In this document: piece by piece, positions 17,873 through 26,297 of the stretch
Layout: each line of letters begins with the position of its first letter
Numbering within the stretch: position 1 is the first letter of the stretch
DNA from: Anaerolineales bacterium
GTDB lineage: Bacteria; Chloroflexota; Anaerolineae; Anaerolineales; UBA11579
Assembly: GCA_963662985.1 (NCBI GenBank)
Contig: OY760067.1
Coordinates: 1,071,838 to 1,135,837 of the forward strand
DNA: 64,000 nucleotides
Direction: 5' to 3'
The notes under the pieces: model-generated
What the model saw: only the letters and a program-made list of their open reading frames with translations
Database searches by the model: none
Told to the model about the DNA's origin: nothing
Translations under genes and position numbers: made by a program

Positions 17873-18658
17873 TTACACTTTTTTAATCAAAATCGGTGCA
17901 TCCATCGTCAAACAAACCATCGCTTGCTTAAGGATCTTTGCATAACTTTCTTCGTCAACCATATCCGCCCATCCATGTTTCCGATTCAAGTCAAAAAACA
18001 CAATCCGAGGTGGCAAAATCTTCTCATAACACTGATAGTCAATCCCAATCATCACAGAAGGAATCTTACACAGCTCCAACCCTCTTGCCAAAAGCATCGC
18101 CGTCTGCACACTCAAATCTCCCGCAGGAATCAACAAAGCGGCTGTGGCACCTGTGGCCTCAATTCTTGCAATCACCTTAGGCAGCAGCTCTTTCTCCACG
18201 CGCAAAACATTCGGAAGATCCCCATTGATGCTCACAGTTTCAGCAATCAATTCCTCAATATAGCCTTCCTCTTTTAATTTTTCTAAAACATGAATAGGGA
18301 AAAAAGTTTCTTCAAGCACATTATGCGCCACATCTTTAGCCAAATTTTCTGGGAACGCAATTGAGCCACTTTCAATTGGGTGTTTAAAATTACGTACACT
18401 CAAATCACCTGGTAAAACAGCTTCATCAAAAGGTGCATGTTTATTCACGTCATATCCACCAGCCACACTGATCAAGATCAGACGAATATTTTCCTTATCA
18501 ATCCCCTCTCCCTTTGGCGGAAATTCATTTTTTAAATAGTTATAACGCGCCCAATCAACAATACCGGTATCTTCATAATATTGCAGCCAACCTGAGCGAA
18601 ATTCCAAAAACCACTGTTTGGGATGATCTACAATTTTGATTTCTTTATTAATCTTCAT
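17873..18658 (-). CDS. Hypothetical protein; weak resemblance to the glycine/sarcosine/betaine reductase component B (GrdB/PrdB-like) family
   Basis: GATAALLIPAGDLSVQTAMLLARGLELCKIPSVMIG resembles the ...LLTP-U/C-G-x-C...AR.LE..GIPTV.I core of that family. The redox Sec/Cys positions are not conserved here. This call rests on memory of the family only. Confidence 0.35.
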   Translation of the reverse strand: MKINKEIKIVDHPKQWFLEFRSGWLQYYEDTGIVDWARYNYLKNEFPPKGEGIDKENIRLILISVAGGYDVNKHAPFDEAVLPGDLSVRNFKHPIESGSIAFPENLAKDVAHNVLEETFFPIHVLEKLKEEGYIEELIAETVSINGDLPNVLRVEKELLPKVIARIEATGATAALLIPAGDLSVQTAMLLARGLELCKIPSVMIGIDYQCYEKILPPRIVFFDLNRKHGWADMVDEESYAKILKQAMVCLTMDAPILIKKV

Positions 18659-18800
18659 GCGTTAATAACACCTTTTCAATCTTCCCTTATACTCTTCCAC
18701 ATAAATTATAGTCGAAGACCTTCTTCATCTACCTTTCTCTTTTGAAAGCTAAATTAAACGTTTTTTAATAAAAATAAATTGTTTAAATGTTATCTAAACG

Positions 18801-18834
18801 CAAAAAAAGAGCGCGGATCAATATCCGCGCTCTT
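18801..18834 (-). terminator. Rho-independent terminator after pheT
   Basis: The stem pairs agagcgcggat (18808-18818) with atccgcgctct (18823-18833). The T-run on the - strand is the complement of 18802-18808. Confidence 0.8.
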
Positions 18835-18853
18835 CTATATGAAATTCATTAAA

Positions 18854-21385
18854 CTAGGCTCGCAATTTGGCACCCAATTCATATTCCAATCGTTTTACGA
18901 TTTTCTTACGAATCTTCGCCACATCCTTATCGCTCAAAGTTTTATCAGGCATCTGATAAGTCAACTTATACGCCAAGCTCTTCTTGCCCTTGCCCACTTG
19001 TTCCCCACGGAACACATCGAACAATTTGATCTCAACCAAAGCATCACCTGCTGTTTGTGTCAACATTTCAGTCACCGCACCCGCAGGCACATCTTCTTCC
19101 ACCACAAATGCAAAGTCTTCCAACACGGGTGGATAAGCAGAAATCTCTTTCACCACATGACGTTCAGGAGCCACTTCACGCAAAAGTCCCATATCCAACT
19201 CAGCAGCCATCAAAGGGGCACTGCCAAAGGCAAAATGTTCATGCACTTGCGGATGCACTTCCCCAAACACACCCAATTCCACATCACCAGCTAAAACTTT
19301 TGCACATTTCCCTGGGTGGAAAGTTGGATGTGCTGCCGCTTCATAACGCACATTATCCACATGCATCCCATGTAGTAAACCATCCACCATCCCCTTCATA
19401 TCATAGAAATCTACATTAGCAGTATCTGCCGCTTGCCAATTTGCTTTGCTACGAGGGCCTGTCATTGCAATTGCCAATTTATAATCTTCATTTGGCAGGT
19501 CATCTGGTTGCGCCAAAAACACCGGACCAATTTCAAACAATTGAATTTGAGCAGAATACTTCGCATTCAATTCCACCGTTTCAAAAATACTTGGCAAAAG
19601 TACTCGTCGCATCATCTCTCGATCAGCTGACAAAGGATTCGCCACATACACGCCTTCACGAGTGTCACGTGGTGCATCAGCAGCCATCGCGCTAGCTTCA
19701 CGGTCTGCACTGCTCAAACGATACGTGATTGTTTCATATAAGCCCAAATTCACCAAAAGATCACGCACCTTATCTTCGTGCATTAAATCAGTTTGATTCT
19801 TTTGTGGAGGGGTCTCATCATTGATCAAAGTTTCCGGAATCTTATCATACCCATAGATTCGAGCGATCTCTTCCACCAAGTCAGCACGTCCCACCACACC
19901 TGTGTCAATGTCCAAACGATGATCTGGCACTGTTGCCGTAATCGTTTCGCCTGTCACCTTCACTTCAAATTCCAAACGTTGCAGCAAGTCTGCGATCTCA
20001 TCTGCGCCTAAGCGCACACCTAGCAAGCGTTCCACATCATCCGTGGTCACTTCAACCGTCACAACTTCAGCCTTGTTGGGATATTCGTCAACAATCCCTT
20101 CACAAACCTTCCCATTGCTCCATTCACGCATCAATTCCAACCCACGTTTCAAACCACGTGGTGCCATCTCAGGGTGCACCCCACGAGAGAAGCGATAAGA
20201 AGCTTCCGAGTTTAATTTCAAATAGCCCAAAGTCTTGCGTAAATTAATGAAGTTCCATGAAGCTGCTTCTAACAAAACATTCTTCGTGCTCTCACTCACT
20301 TCACTTTCTGCACCACCCATAATCCCCGCGATTGATAAAGAACCTTTTTCATCACACACCAAAGTGGTGTAATCTTCCAAAGTGCGTTCCACATCATCCA
20401 AAGTAGTCAGTTTTTCACCAGCCGCAGCCGTACGCGTTAAAATCTTTGGGGTCTTTCCGCCAGCGCGTTCCACCAAAACATCATAGTCAAACGCATGCAA
20501 AGGTTCGCCCACTTCCATCATCACATAGTTGGTCACATCCACAATATTATTAATCGTGCGAATCCCGCACATGTTCAAGCGGCGTTGCACCCAACGTGGA
20601 GACGGTTTAATTTCCACATCTTTAATCAACCCAAGTGTGAAACGAGGGTTATTTTCAGGGGTTTGAATATCCAATTCAATATACTTAGATACTGCATCTA
20701 ACTCTGCCACAAAATCATAGCTAGGTTGTTTTAAGTCAGTATTCAACAAAGCCGCAATTTCACGTGCCACACCAATCACATTTGCATCGCGCGCAATGTT
20801 CGGCAAAATCGCAATGTCCAGCACCGCATCACCCAAATAATCTGCCAAAGGCATTCCAGTCGGAGCCTCAGAATCCAACAACATGATTCCTTCATGTTCT
20901 TCAGAAATGCCTAATTCTTTTTCAGAACACACCATTGAATAAGTTACCGTTCCACGGATTTTAGTGCGTTTTAAGATTTTTGTTTGATAGCCTTCTGCAT
21001 AAGCATCCACCAATTCAGCGCCTTCTTTTGCATAAGCCACTTTCAACGGAGGATCCAACACACCTTTGTCCTTATACGGGAACAAATTCGGAGCGCCAGT
21101 TAACACAATATGATCTTCTTTGCCATCATTCAACTTACACAACGTCAAACGATCTGCATCGGGGTGCCCATTCACTTCCGTGATCTCACCCACCACAATC
21201 TTCTCTTTGTCCCAAGCCAAGCCCTTAGACTTGAACTCGCGTTCATCTTCCGCAGGGATCGGCAGACCAATATAATTGATCTCTTCCACTTCCAAACCAG
21301 CCAAAGTCATCACACTGGCCAATTCTTCCACAGAAATGTCACCCAAATCTACATAATCTTTAATCCAAGAAAGAGGTAGTTTCAT
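18854..21385 (-). CDS. pheT: Phenylalanine--tRNA ligase beta subunit
   Basis: This 843-aa protein begins MKLPLSWIKDYVDL. It has the tRNA-binding, B3/4, B5 and FDX-ACB domain order typical of PheT. Confidence 0.95.
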   Translation of the reverse strand: MKLPLSWIKDYVDLGDISVEELASVMTLAGLEVEEINYIGLPIPAEDEREFKSKGLAWDKEKIVVGEITEVNGHPDADRLTLCKLNDGKEDHIVLTGAPNLFPYKDKGVLDPPLKVAYAKEGAELVDAYAEGYQTKILKRTKIRGTVTYSMVCSEKELGISEEHEGIMLLDSEAPTGMPLADYLGDAVLDIAILPNIARDANVIGVAREIAALLNTDLKQPSYDFVAELDAVSKYIELDIQTPENNPRFTLGLIKDVEIKPSPRWVQRRLNMCGIRTINNIVDVTNYVMMEVGEPLHAFDYDVLVERAGGKTPKILTRTAAAGEKLTTLDDVERTLEDYTTLVCDEKGSLSIAGIMGGAESEVSESTKNVLLEAASWNFINLRKTLGYLKLNSEASYRFSRGVHPEMAPRGLKRGLELMREWSNGKVCEGIVDEYPNKAEVVTVEVTTDDVERLLGVRLGADEIADLLQRLEFEVKVTGETITATVPDHRLDIDTGVVGRADLVEEIARIYGYDKIPETLINDETPPQKNQTDLMHEDKVRDLLVNLGLYETITYRLSSADREASAMAADAPRDTREGVYVANPLSADREMMRRVLLPSIFETVELNAKYSAQIQLFEIGPVFLAQPDDLPNEDYKLAIAMTGPRSKANWQAADTANVDFYDMKGMVDGLLHGMHVDNVRYEAAAHPTFHPGKCAKVLAGDVELGVFGEVHPQVHEHFAFGSAPLMAAELDMGLLREVAPERHVVKEISAYPPVLEDFAFVVEEDVPAGAVTEMLTQTAGDALVEIKLFDVFRGEQVGKGKKSLAYKLTYQMPDKTLSDKDVAKIRKKIVKRLEYELGAKLRA

Positions 21386-21404
21386 TTGTCATCAGCCTCC
21401 ATTA

Positions 21405-22448
21405 TTAAAATTGATCTAAGAAACGAATATCGTTTCGCCAGAAGTTTCGAATATCCGTAATCCGATGTCGCAACATCGTAATTCGTTCCGGCCCCATCCC
21501 AAACGCAAACCCAGAATAAACTTCCGGATCATAGCCACCATTGCGCAACACATTCGGATTCACCATCCCGCATCCCAAAATTTCCAACCACCCCGTATAC
21601 TTACACACCGGACAGCCTTCACCTTGGCACACAAAACATTCACAATCCATCTCAGCACTCGGCTCAGTGAATGGGAAGTAAGAAGCGCGGAAACGAGTCT
21701 TCACATTATCACCAAACAAACGTCTCGCAAAAGTAGACAAAGTCCCTTTCAAGTCGCTCATCGTAATATTCTTCCCCACAGCCAACCCTTCAATCTGCGT
21801 AAATTGCATCTCAGAGCGGTAGGTCACTTGTTCATAGCGATAGCACATCCCTGGCAACAACACCCGCACTGGGGGCGGATCATCTGGATTCATCGCATGC
21901 ATCTTCCACATCGCATGAATCTGCCCTGGGCTGGTATGTGTACGCAACAAATTTCCCGGTTGAGTAGTATGGAAAGTATCTTGCATATCCCGTGCAGGGT
22001 GATGCAAGGGGAAGTTCAACATTTGGAAGTTAACCTCATCTGATTCAACTTCTCGAGAACGAAAAACTTGAAAGCCCATCTCTGCAAAAATATCGATAAT
22101 TTCACGTGAAGTGCGTGTGAAGGGGTGCAAACCGCCCTTATGAATCGGACGACCCGGCAAAGTCACATCCAATTTTTCTGAAGCCAAAGAAGCTTGTAAT
22201 TTTTCTTCTTTGATTGCGGCTTGTTTCACTTCAAACGCAGCTTCAATATCTGTTTTGATCTCATTGGCGCGTTGACCCACAACAGGGCGTTCTTCAGCAG
22301 TCAACGCTCCCATTTGTTTAAACACACCCATGATTGGGGCATTTCGCCCAATATTTGCGGTTTTCCAAGCCATCAAGGCATCTTCATCCGCCACAGATTG
22401 AAGCGAAGCCAAGGCTTCTGCTTTGATTGCTTCCATCTTTTCAAGCAT
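21405..22448 (-). CDS. pheS: Phenylalanine--tRNA ligase alpha subunit
   Basis: The class II motifs are HPARDMQDTF, YFPFTEPSAEMD and GFAFGMGPERITMLRH. The gene lies 19 nt upstream of pheT. Confidence 0.95.
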   Translation of the reverse strand: MLEKMEAIKAEALASLQSVADEDALMAWKTANIGRNAPIMGVFKQMGALTAEERPVVGQRANEIKTDIEAAFEVKQAAIKEEKLQASLASEKLDVTLPGRPIHKGGLHPFTRTSREIIDIFAEMGFQVFRSREVESDEVNFQMLNFPLHHPARDMQDTFHTTQPGNLLRTHTSPGQIHAMWKMHAMNPDDPPPVRVLLPGMCYRYEQVTYRSEMQFTQIEGLAVGKNITMSDLKGTLSTFARRLFGDNVKTRFRASYFPFTEPSAEMDCECFVCQGEGCPVCKYTGWLEILGCGMVNPNVLRNGGYDPEVYSGFAFGMGPERITMLRHRITDIRNFWRNDIRFLDQF

Positions 22449-22469
22449 ACACTAACTCCTATTCAATAA

Positions 22470-22735
22470 AATAAAAAACCCGCCCCCACGAAGGGACGGG
22501 AAATTCCCGCGGTACCACCCGACTTAATCATGCTACCAAAATAGCACAATTCTCTCAAACCTCATAACGGCAGGCAACCGGTTCAAACTACAAGTCAAAT
22601 GAGGCACTCATTTGAACGTTCCCTTGAACTGCTCAGGAGAGAACTTCAACTCGCACATCTGCCAACACTCATCTCAATCCATGTGAATGTTTCCCTGTTG
22701 CTTGCCACCAGCCTACTTTGCTCCGTCATCGCATT
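22470..22735 (-). promoter_or_regulatory. T-box leader (tRNA-Phe-sensing transcription attenuator) of pheST
   Basis: On the - strand, the 5' GA/K-turn element is TGCGATGACGGAGCAAAGTAGGCTGGTGGCAAGC. The sequence GAAGUUCUCUCCUGAGCA carries a UUC triplet at 22641-22643. The T-box sequence is AAGTCGGGTGGTACCGCGGGAATTT (complement of 22501-22525). The terminator is CCCGTCCC-TTCGT-GGGGGCGGG followed by TTTTTTATTTT (22471-22500). Confidence 0.85.
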
Positions 22736-22821
22736 TTCTTCAATTGTTAAAAATACATCCTCTATTATAAACAAATCTCGCCCCCGCACAACCCCAAATA
22801 ATTTCCTTTAAAACAAATTAA

Positions 22822-22851
22822 ACAAAAAAGCATTGGCGCACCAACGCTTTT
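22822..22851 (-). terminator. Terminator after the SLT gene
   Basis: The hairpin is aagcattgg-cgca-ccaacgctt (22828-22849, one mismatch). The - strand T-run is the complement of 22824-22829. Confidence 0.6.
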
Positions 22852-22861
22852 AGAATCAATC

Positions 22862-23596
22862 TTATTTTGAATATCCAATCGCCATGCTTGCTTCGCACAG
22901 CGGATACCCCACCGCAAACCATTCCTCAAACCATTCCTCAAACCGTTCACTCTCATCCGCATCCGCGCTTGCATCCGCATACATCTGCACTCCCCAATAC
23001 ACATACCGCTGTGTCTCTTGTGGCCAATAAATCTCATCCCACGTCGAAGTACTCAATCCGCCATTATACGCCGCCAAAGCCAAACGCACATCGCCATCAT
23101 GATACTCCAACGCTTCCTTCAAATAGCTCAACCCTCGTTTTGCATTTGTGTCCGGGTCTTGCATCTTTTCCCCTACCGCAAAATGGAAAGGCATCACCTG
23201 AAACAATCCCTGCGCATTCGCCACCGAAACCGCCTGTGGATTCCCACAGCTCTCAATTTGCATCACTGTCGCCACCAAATTGGGGTCCAAGTCAAAATCA
23301 TCCGCCCAATCCAAAATTTCATCTTCCCAAGCCAACACACTGCTCGCAAAAAAGGGCGCCAATTCCTTTGGCATCACCTTGTTAGGATCAGATTGAGAAA
23401 CAATCACCACTGCATTTTCAGCATCCTTCGCCGCCATCATTGCTGCGTTGCTTTGCGTTGTACTGCGGATCTCCGGCAACAGGCCAATCGCCATCTTCAC
23501 CAAAAATCCAAACAACGCCAACACCACCAAACCAATCACGATCAAAGGAGAAAAGCCTTTTCTTTCTACTGCCTCATATGCATCATAGGTTCCCAT
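22862..23596 (-). CDS. Membrane-anchored lytic transglycosylase (SLT domain) protein
   Basis: An N-terminal TM segment (FSPLIVIGLVVLALFGFLV) is present. The SLT catalytic block is VATVMQIESCGNPQAVSVANAQGLFQVMPFHF and AAYNGG. Confidence 0.8.
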   Translation of the reverse strand: MGTYDAYEAVERKGFSPLIVIGLVVLALFGFLVKMAIGLLPEIRSTTQSNAAMMAAKDAENAVVIVSQSDPNKVMPKELAPFFASSVLAWEDEILDWADDFDLDPNLVATVMQIESCGNPQAVSVANAQGLFQVMPFHFAVGEKMQDPDTNAKRGLSYLKEALEYHDGDVRLALAAYNGGLSTSTWDEIYWPQETQRYVYWGVQMYADASADADESERFEEWFEEWFAVGYPLCEASMAIGYSK

Positions 23597-23627
23597 TTCT
23601 CAATCCTCTCCACAAACAAATTGGCAA

Positions 23628-24437
23628 TTATTTGAAACGAACTGAACCTTGAGAAGCAGAACCTTGAGAATTGGAACCTTTCACCGCATAAGGTTGTGCC
23701 CCATTGGGTTTCCCAGAAGTACGGCTATTTTGCACTGAAGAATAACTTGTTGCATTATTTGTCATCGGCGTGCGATAGGCAGACTTTTGCCCTTCAGTAA
23801 CACTCACCACAGGTCGCTCATCCGTCTTTTTCTCAAACACACTTACCAAACGATCCTTCAATTCATCCAACATGCCTGTTCGTCGTGTCTTTCGAGGAGC
23901 AACGCTTCGCACTTGCTGCACTGAAGTCTTCTTCACACCCAGTACATCATTCAAAGACAAAGATAATGAGCCAATCACCAACACGCGAATCAACCACACC
24001 ATCACCGCCACAAACACCGGCACCACTTTCAACATCGTCTCTTGTGACACCACTGATGCACCTAATGCCCCATGGCTAGCCAAAGCCACCGAAACACCCC
24101 ACCAGGTCAAAATTGCATTCATCCCTGCCGCCAACACCCAAGCGCCAAACAAAAACCACGTCTCTTTCACCATCCCCGCATTGTCATCCGGCGTGAACAT
24201 CTTTGCAATCCCCGCAAAATCAATCGCACAAAATGCCACTGCCAACATCGTAGACCAGCGCATTCCCAAGAATTTCAATTCACCCAACACATCTTGCAAT
24301 GCAAAATCCGTTGTACTGAAATTAAACACCTCAAATGCCAAAAAAGCACCCACAATGATCATTCCCAACACGCCAGAGCGGCTCATCTTGAATGATTTCA
24401 TTTCACCTGATTTTCGATTGCCAGTTATAGTTGTCAT
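23628..24437 (-). CDS. Hypothetical polytopic membrane protein with Ser/Asn/Gln-rich C-terminal tail
   Basis: The protein has about 4 hydrophobic helices and a disordered tail. The track starts at a TTG at 24452. The ATG at 24435-24437 has AAGGAG (complement of 24444-24449) 6 nt upstream. Confidence 0.6.
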   Translation of the reverse strand: MTTITGNRKSGEMKSFKMSRSGVLGMIIVGAFLAFEVFNFSTTDFALQDVLGELKFLGMRWSTMLAVAFCAIDFAGIAKMFTPDDNAGMVKETWFLFGAWVLAAGMNAILTWWGVSVALASHGALGASVVSQETMLKVVPVFVAVMVWLIRVLVIGSLSLSLNDVLGVKKTSVQQVRSVAPRKTRRTGMLDELKDRLVSVFEKKTDERPVVSVTEGQKSAYRTPMTNNATSYSSVQNSRTSGKPNGAQPYAVKGSNSQGSASQGSVRFK

Positions 24438-24495
24438 GTCAAACTCCTTCAAATTTGTTCTTTGAATCCTGCGCTCACAAGATGGTATTCAAAAT

Positions 24496-24543
24496 AAAAA
24501 CATTTGTTCTAAATAATAACCAAATTATAGAACAAATGTTTTT
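24496..24543. promoter_or_regulatory. Perfect 16-bp inverted repeat; each arm matches the GAACRNRYGTTY (Cheo/LexA-type) box
   Basis: The arms are AAAAACATTTGTTCTA (24496-24511) and TAGAACAAATGTTTTT (24528-24543), separated by a 16-nt spacer. Each arm contains GAAC-AAAT-GTTT. One arm fills the promoter spacer and the other lies just downstream of the -10. Confidence 0.5.
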
Positions 24544-24552
24544 TAAAAGCAA
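24524..24552 (-). promoter_or_regulatory. Near-consensus sigma70 promoter for the membrane-protein/SLT operon
   Basis: On the - strand the elements are TTGCTT (24547-24552), a 17-nt spacer and TATAAT (24524-24529). Confidence 0.65.
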
Positions 24553-24569
24553 GTCTTTAAAATATATTT

Positions 24570-24598
24570 AAACAAAAAAGCACTTTCTCAAGTGCTTT
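24570..24598 (-). terminator. Rho-independent terminator after msrQ
   Basis: The hairpin pairs aaagcact with agtgcttt (24578-24584 and 24591-24597) and encloses the stop codon. The - strand T-run follows. Confidence 0.7.
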
Positions 24599-25196
24599 GC
24601 AATTTCTTTCGTTTATGCCACCAGCGCAACAACACCGGGATCCGTCCCAGCATCAACACCACAAAAATGCTTCCATAAATCAGAAAAATCTCCTGATTGC
24701 CTTTCGAAGCCAGCAACGCATGCACCAACACCAACACCCCCGCCAAATACACAAACCGATGTAATCGTTGCCACCATTTCTTCATCTTCCGCACCGCAAA
24801 CTTATGTGAAGTCACCGCCATTGCCAGCAAAATCAACAAACCACCCAGCCCAAAGAAAATAAACTTCTGCTGTGGCAAAGTCATCAACACCAATCGCAAA
24901 TCCCCACCATAATTCCAAAACACATAGAAAAACAAATGCAATAATCCATAACCAAACGAAGCCAAGCCAATCGGCTTGCGAATCGTCATCCCAATTTGCA
25001 CGCCCAGTTCCTTCAACGGTCGTCCCGCCAAAGATACCAACAAAAAGATTATCGCCCAATTGCCTGAAATCTCAATCGCCCGCACAGGTGGGTTAAACCC
25101 CAACCATCCTCGTGGTGTCCCCACAAAAATATAAATCGCGGGCAAAGTCGCCAATCCAAATGCAATCCATTTCAGTGTGCTTTTTTTTAGTACCAC
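24588..25196 (-). CDS. msrQ: Protein-methionine-sulfoxide reductase heme-binding subunit MsrQ (YedZ family)
   Basis: This 202-aa protein has 5-6 TM segments and conserved His residues in the helices (GLLHLFFYVF and VLVHALL). It overlaps msrP by 10 nt. Confidence 0.8.
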   Translation of the reverse strand: MVLKKSTLKWIAFGLATLPAIYIFVGTPRGWLGFNPPVRAIEISGNWAIIFLLVSLAGRPLKELGVQIGMTIRKPIGLASFGYGLLHLFFYVFWNYGGDLRLVLMTLPQQKFIFFGLGGLLILLAMAVTSHKFAVRKMKKWWQRLHRFVYLAGVLVLVHALLASKGNQEIFLIYGSIFVVLMLGRIPVLLRWWHKRKKLQST

Positions 25197-26143
25197 TTTG
25201 TCAGGTCCATTCCATCATATAAATGTGCCACTTCTTCTTCGTAGCCATTGAACAAACGGGTTCCCACGCGTCCATTTTGTCCCACATATTGCTCCGTCGC
25301 TTGCGACCAACGCGGGTGAGAAACGCTTGGGTTCACATTTGCATAAAATCCATACTCATGAGAATTTTGTGCCATCCAAAAAGAAACCGGCATCTCTTCC
25401 ACAAACTGAATCTTCGCAATCGACTTAATACTCTTAAACCCATATTTCCACGGCACCACCAAGCGCAACGGCGCTCCATTTTGTGGCAACAATCGCTCTC
25501 CATAAAGGCCCGTAGACAACAAGGTCAGATCATTCATCGCCTCGTCCATCCGCAACCCTTCCACATACGGCCACATAAAATAGCTATTGCTCAAATTTGG
25601 CATCTGTTCTTCATCATACACAGTCTGGAAGCGAATATACTTCGCCTCACTCTTTGGCTCCACCATCTCAATCAGCTTACGCAGTGGGAATCCCAACCAA
25701 GGAATCACCATTGCCCATGTTTCCACACAGCGCAAACGATAGATTCGTTCTTCTTCATCAAATTGTTTATAAACATCGTCCATCGACAATGTCATCGGTT
25801 TGTTCACCAAACCATCAATTTCCACCGTCCATGGTTCCGTCACAAAATTTTCTGCTTTTTTCGCCACTGCTTCTTTCTGCAATGAAAATTCATAAAAGTT
25901 ATTGTAATTTGTCACCGCCTGAAAACTGGTCAACGCTGTCCCAAGTTCATCCGTAGTCGCACGGTTCGGGTCTGGCGTCAATTGCACCGTATCCTTCGGC
26001 AGTACAGTAGAAGCATCATCCAAATTCACCCCACATGCCCCCAACACAGCCGCCCCCGCAATAACACCGGCTTGTTTCATGAATTTTCGACGATTTTGAT
26101 ATACATCTTTAGGAGTAATTTCAGAGGAAAGAATTTTTTTCAT
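25187..26143 (-). CDS. msrP: Protein-methionine-sulfoxide reductase catalytic subunit MsrP (YedY-type molybdopterin oxidoreductase)
   Basis: The Tat-type signal is RRKFMKQAGVIAGAAVLGAC, which ends in a lipobox-like LGAC. The Mo-domain block is YRLRCVETWAMVIPWLGFPL. Confidence 0.85.
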   Translation of the reverse strand: MKKILSSEITPKDVYQNRRKFMKQAGVIAGAAVLGACGVNLDDASTVLPKDTVQLTPDPNRATTDELGTALTSFQAVTNYNNFYEFSLQKEAVAKKAENFVTEPWTVEIDGLVNKPMTLSMDDVYKQFDEEERIYRLRCVETWAMVIPWLGFPLRKLIEMVEPKSEAKYIRFQTVYDEEQMPNLSNSYFMWPYVEGLRMDEAMNDLTLLSTGLYGERLLPQNGAPLRLVVPWKYGFKSIKSIAKIQFVEEMPVSFWMAQNSHEYGFYANVNPSVSHPRWSQATEQYVGQNGRVGTRLFNGYEEEVAHLYDGMDLTKWY

Positions 26144-26297
26144 AGGGGCAACCTTTCAGGATTAATCTAGCTTAATAGTGCTCATTGGACGAAAAAATAG
26201 AATTGCTTCTTACACAGTTAATAATAGTATAATTTTCATCTAATTTAGTTAATATACAATAAATAGATTTTTAGTTGATCTATGTTAAAATTCGCCT

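Noticed and set aside
22599-22811. A 70-aa + strand ORF lies in the pheS upstream region.
   Set aside because: It overlaps the - strand T-box leader, which explains the sequence conservation features. It has no Shine-Dalgarno sequence and no recognisable protein motif.
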